Below are positions 60,031-64,000 of a DNA stretch of 64,000 nt, one piece after another; within the stretch, counting starts at the first letter, position 1, and every line of letters begins with the position of its first letter. Below the pieces are notes generated by a model that was given only the letters and a program-made list of their open reading frames with translations, was not told the origin of the DNA and ran no database searches. Location of the stretch: the NCBI GenBank assembly GCA_951804945.1, contig OX638149.1:87730001-87794000 (forward strand), read 5' to 3'. Both the position numbers and the translations under genes were made by a program. This DNA comes from Podarcis cretensis (lineage: Eukaryota).

Positions 60031-62841
60031 CCATTCAAAAAAGTATTTTTCATAATCTCTCATTTCTTCTCCCCATCTCCTTTCACACTTAACTTGTATC
60101 CTACTTTCCCCTGCCATAAACAGCCTGCTTCTTTAATCCCTTCTCTTTGTTCCCTTTACGTTCGCTTCTTCTCTTACTTCCATTCTTTTTATTCCCAGTT
60201 AATTTTACTTAAATTAAAGGGCTCATCAATCTCCCTTGCAACAAGGCTTCCCTTACCATTGTGGGGAGCGGGGACAGTATAGTAGTTTACTATTGCAGGA
60301 TCCAGCTTCTGCTACTTTTATTACATTATCTACAAGTTTTGGGGGGCATCGTCAGCTTCCTCTCACTCTTCCACCTGCGTAGAAGCATCTCAGTGATGGA
60401 TGAGCACAGCAGCTAGAAAAAAGAGCTAAGGAACTTTCTCCTCCCATCTTGACATAAGCTATAAAGGGTGGGGGGGTAAGATCAGTGTCATGCCTTGCGT
60501 GGCTGGTGCACAACCTAGACTACCCATTAGTTGTTATAGCAACCACATTATTATTTCCTCTTGCGTTTACCACTCAATTCCCCCCAAAAGCACACAATTC
60601 TGGCTGATGTGGCTCCCAGGAGAGGCTCTGGCCACAGGTACACAGGCTGCCACCACCTACGGCTTCTTGTTGCCTTGTTCCACTGGGCTTGAGTCTGAAT
60701 GATCTCCCTTGTTCTTGCCTGATGCCATGGGCTCTCTGGTTCACTGTGTTGCCACCTTCCCGCAACTAGCTGTGTGTACGGCTGCATCTGTGCTCCTACA
60801 TGTTTGTACGCAAGCTGGGGTGGATCTGTCCGTGGTCTGTGTAGGGTAGCATCTCTTTGGTCAGCGCCTGTAGCCACCATGCCATAGAGAGGGTGGCTTA
60901 CCCGTGCAGTCCTCATGATGTTGTTGGACTTTCCAAGTCAGGTCAGCCCCCAGCCAGCATGGGGAACAGTATGGGATGATGGGAGGTGGTGTAGGACATC
61001 TAGGAGGGCCACACATTTCCTGGGCCTGATATAAGGAAATGCAAGTTGCCTCAAGTATAATTCACTGCAGAATAAATCAGTGGGATAGAGCTGCTTAGCC
61101 AAAATCCTAAGCCATTTTTTTGCTGCAGAACCCCCCACTCCCAGTACAATGCTTGAAAGGCAGCTAAGAAACTGCAAGTAAGTTCGATCTGCACCTAACT
61201 TCTGGCTGAGTTACTTTTAGGATTGCCACTCAACCGACTGGTTTTGGCTCCTGATTATCTAGTTTATGATGGAGCACAAGAAATTTAATAAGCTTGGGCA
61301 TGTAACACCAGAGGCTAAAACACTAAAGCTCAGAGCAGCTTCCCAAGGATTCTCAGGCAGTCTCCCCCTGTATATGGCTTTCAGGGCCAAACTTGCTCAG
61401 CTTGAGCAATGCAACTGCTTTTAAGCAGAACACCCCTCTCTGGTAATTGCAACCACGGGGACTACCCAAGAACCATAAGGGCTGGGCTGGAGAAGAGAGA
61501 CCACCAGCTACATTGATAAAAAGCAGCATGAAAAGAGGAGGTGCATTTCAGGCACCAACTAGCCTCTGATCATCAAAAGCCTCTAACTGTAAGCAAGAGG
61601 TTTTGAACTTTTAGAAACTTTACTGATCACCCCATTTGGGAATATTTCTTTTTATTCAGGAGGCCACTGCATCCAATGAGGCTTCTGCATGTTCTCTAGG
61701 CCAGGAGTTTGTTATAGGAGGCACAGCCTGGCCTGTGTCTATGACTGCAGCGATTCTTCCCAGCAGGCCAGCTGGGGGAACAGGACTTATCCTCTGGGAT
61801 ATGTAGTTCATGGAAGGAAACAGCTGCTTCCCAACCGAATCACGCCCATCAGACAACAAAGAGGGAGAAGCATAGGCAGGATCCTTCTCCCACTATGGTA
61901 TTAACTTTCTTCATTCCCTTCTACAGGCATCGACCGGTATTCAATCTGATGCCATTAAAGGCCACACTTGCTACCCAGCACTTTGGGTTACCTCCAGGGC
62001 ATCTATGACACATGAGGGTAAGGTGGGGCTTTCCAGCCCATGAAAGAGAGAGAGAGATTTCTTCCTAACAGGCAACATTGGTGCTTCGGCTGCGTGTTCC
62101 ACCTATGATGCAGAAAGAGGTGAGAGAAGCAATAAGAAAGGAGGATCTGAACTGCAGAACTGTAAATAGATTTTTCAACCGCTGAAATCTGCTAGAGTGT
62201 TATAGAAGCAGCCATGCTACAGATGGAGAGAAAGCTGGCCCTGGTTGAACATTTGCACCTGTTGCTTGTCTCCTTTTTCTGTCCCCTGCTGACTGTAGGA
62301 CATGTTATCATGCACAAAAATCCATCTTGCTTCAAGGCCTCTAGCAGATGCTTTTGACTGAACTGAGGTGACTGCTACTGCTCCAGACATATGGACACTC
62401 AAGAAGGCCCATGTCACTCACAAGAGGAAGGTAGACTACGATCGCAGTGGTTTGGCTCCATGACTTCAACAGAGAAAGGATTTCTGCATTAGACCCTGCT
62501 GCTTTGGAGAAAAGGCAGGTTGCTTCCAACACAGGACTAAACACTTAGCAGGCTATTGCATTATTTTTATTGTTGTGATTTTTCATTGTACCTGAACAAG
62601 CAACAAGGTGTGAAGCTGACGTGACCTAAGCTGAAGAAAAATAATTTAAGAGGGAACGGGGAGTTCTGAAATTCATGGAAATGCTTTCAAATATATTTTA
62701 TATTATTACAGAACACTATGGGGTCACTTTCTGACAACCTTAGAAAAAACCTAGCTCAGTCCACCATTTTCCTATAGCTGACAACAAGCAACTTGCCATC
62801 TTTCCTCTTCAGCCTACAGTAAAAAGCAAGGCTTTTGACTA

Positions 62842-63083
62842 CAGTGGTACCTCTGGTTACATACTTAATTCGTTCCAAAGGTCCATTCTTAACCTGAAAC
62901 TGTTCTTAACCTGAAGCACCACTTTAGCTAATGGGGCTTCCTGCTGCTGCCGCGCAGCGGTGGCACGATTTCTGTTCTCATCCTGAAGCAAAGTTCTTAA
63001 CCCGAGGTACTATTTCTGGGTTAGTGGAGTCTGTAACCTGAAGCATCTGTAATCTGAAGCGTATGTAACCCGAGGTACCAATG
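62842..63083. mobile_element. Tc1/mariner (Tigger/pogo-like) MITE, copy 3 (inverted relative to copies 1 and 2)
   Basis: Same TIRs, TA flanks, interior is the reverse complement. Confidence 0.88.
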
Positions 63084-64000
63084 TATTGAGTTCCCCTAGC
63101 AACAACAGAAGGATTTGCTAGGAGGTAGGTAGCATTTTCCCAGCAGACTTAGTGGGGAGGGTCTCACTACAGGAAAGCATGCAGTTTCTCTTCTTGTTGT
63201 TGTGTTCATGTTCTTTGAAATAAACTTTCATATTAAGACACAGACTGTATGCAAACAAGCATGATTACGTTTGTTTGTATGCATAAGGTACTTGGATATT
63301 ACAGGGAAGTAGAAAGTTCCTGGGGATAGTTACACCTTTTCTTTCAACACCCATCTTGTATCCCTCCCATCTTGTATCCACTGGAGGACACATGTTCAGT
63401 GGCCAGTTGGTGATGCTATTACGTTTCACAGGAGGAGCAATGCATCTCCAGGATAGGGGGCAGTCAATAGGGGGCTCTGCAGATGTTTTGGATTAAAGCT
63501 GTCATCAGCTCCACCCAGCATGGCCGGTGGTTGTAACTGTGGTCCAAAACATCTGAAGGGCACCAGATTTGCCGCTCACTGCTCCAGGAAGAAAAAAAGA
63601 AACTAGCAAGGGCACATTTAAAGGTAGGAGAAAGGAAGAGGGTGGACTTCTTTGAATGATAAATAGCAAGACTGTCACATGCTGATATTATAGTTTTATT
63701 ATGATAGATTGATAACAGAGTGTCTTTATTATTAGGCTATTAGGATCTTCTTGTTCAAGTCTTTTCAAATATATTTATGAAAGAAAAATCCACAATGGAA
63801 TTTTAATGGGGACCCGAAAATTCAAAACACCCTTTGAGAGCATCCTCATCCACACCCAATTCCCCACTGTTGACCATGGCTTTAAGGCACTCAGCACCCA
63901 TTAGAGGGACCTCACTGAGCATTTAGAACCACAGTTCCCAGCCATTGGAGTAAGGTTGACACACACATTGGAAAAGAAGTTCATGCTACAGCTCCTTCCA

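Overview
Vertebrate genomic DNA, almost certainly from a squamate and probably a lacertid lizard (Sauria SINEs, CR1/L2 tails, squamate-type MITEs). Three complete spliced protein-coding genes were rebuilt by hand; all introns are GT-AG and exon phases are consistent. (1) ZFAND2B/AIRAPL, minus strand, 9 coding exons, 11980->1789, 272 aa. (2) TTLL4 polyglutamylase, plus strand, 18 coding exons, 17954-35819, about 1138 aa, head-to-head with ZFAND2B across a shared CpG-island promoter at about 12.3-13.1 kb. (3) PRKAG3 (AMPK gamma-3), plus strand, 12 coding exons, 46614-58263, 523 aa. The most unusual object is a 1.68-kb insertion just downstream of the TTLL4 stop codon (36598-38277, minus strand). 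It has a perfect 16-bp target-site duplication, an L1-type CpG-rich 5' end folded into consecutive hairpins, one intact 212-aa ORF, no reverse transcriptase and an A/T-rich tail, so it looks like a non-autonomous, protein-coding 'half-LINE' retroposon. Other notable points: a strict 7-residue repeat in the PRKAG3 N-terminal extension, an ATF4-like uORF arrangement at the TTLL4 start, a CCaX terminus on ZFAND2B, and a gene order unlike the human one (no CYP27A1 between TTLL4 and PRKAG3). Gene identities rest on my recall of the orthologous proteins; no searches were run.
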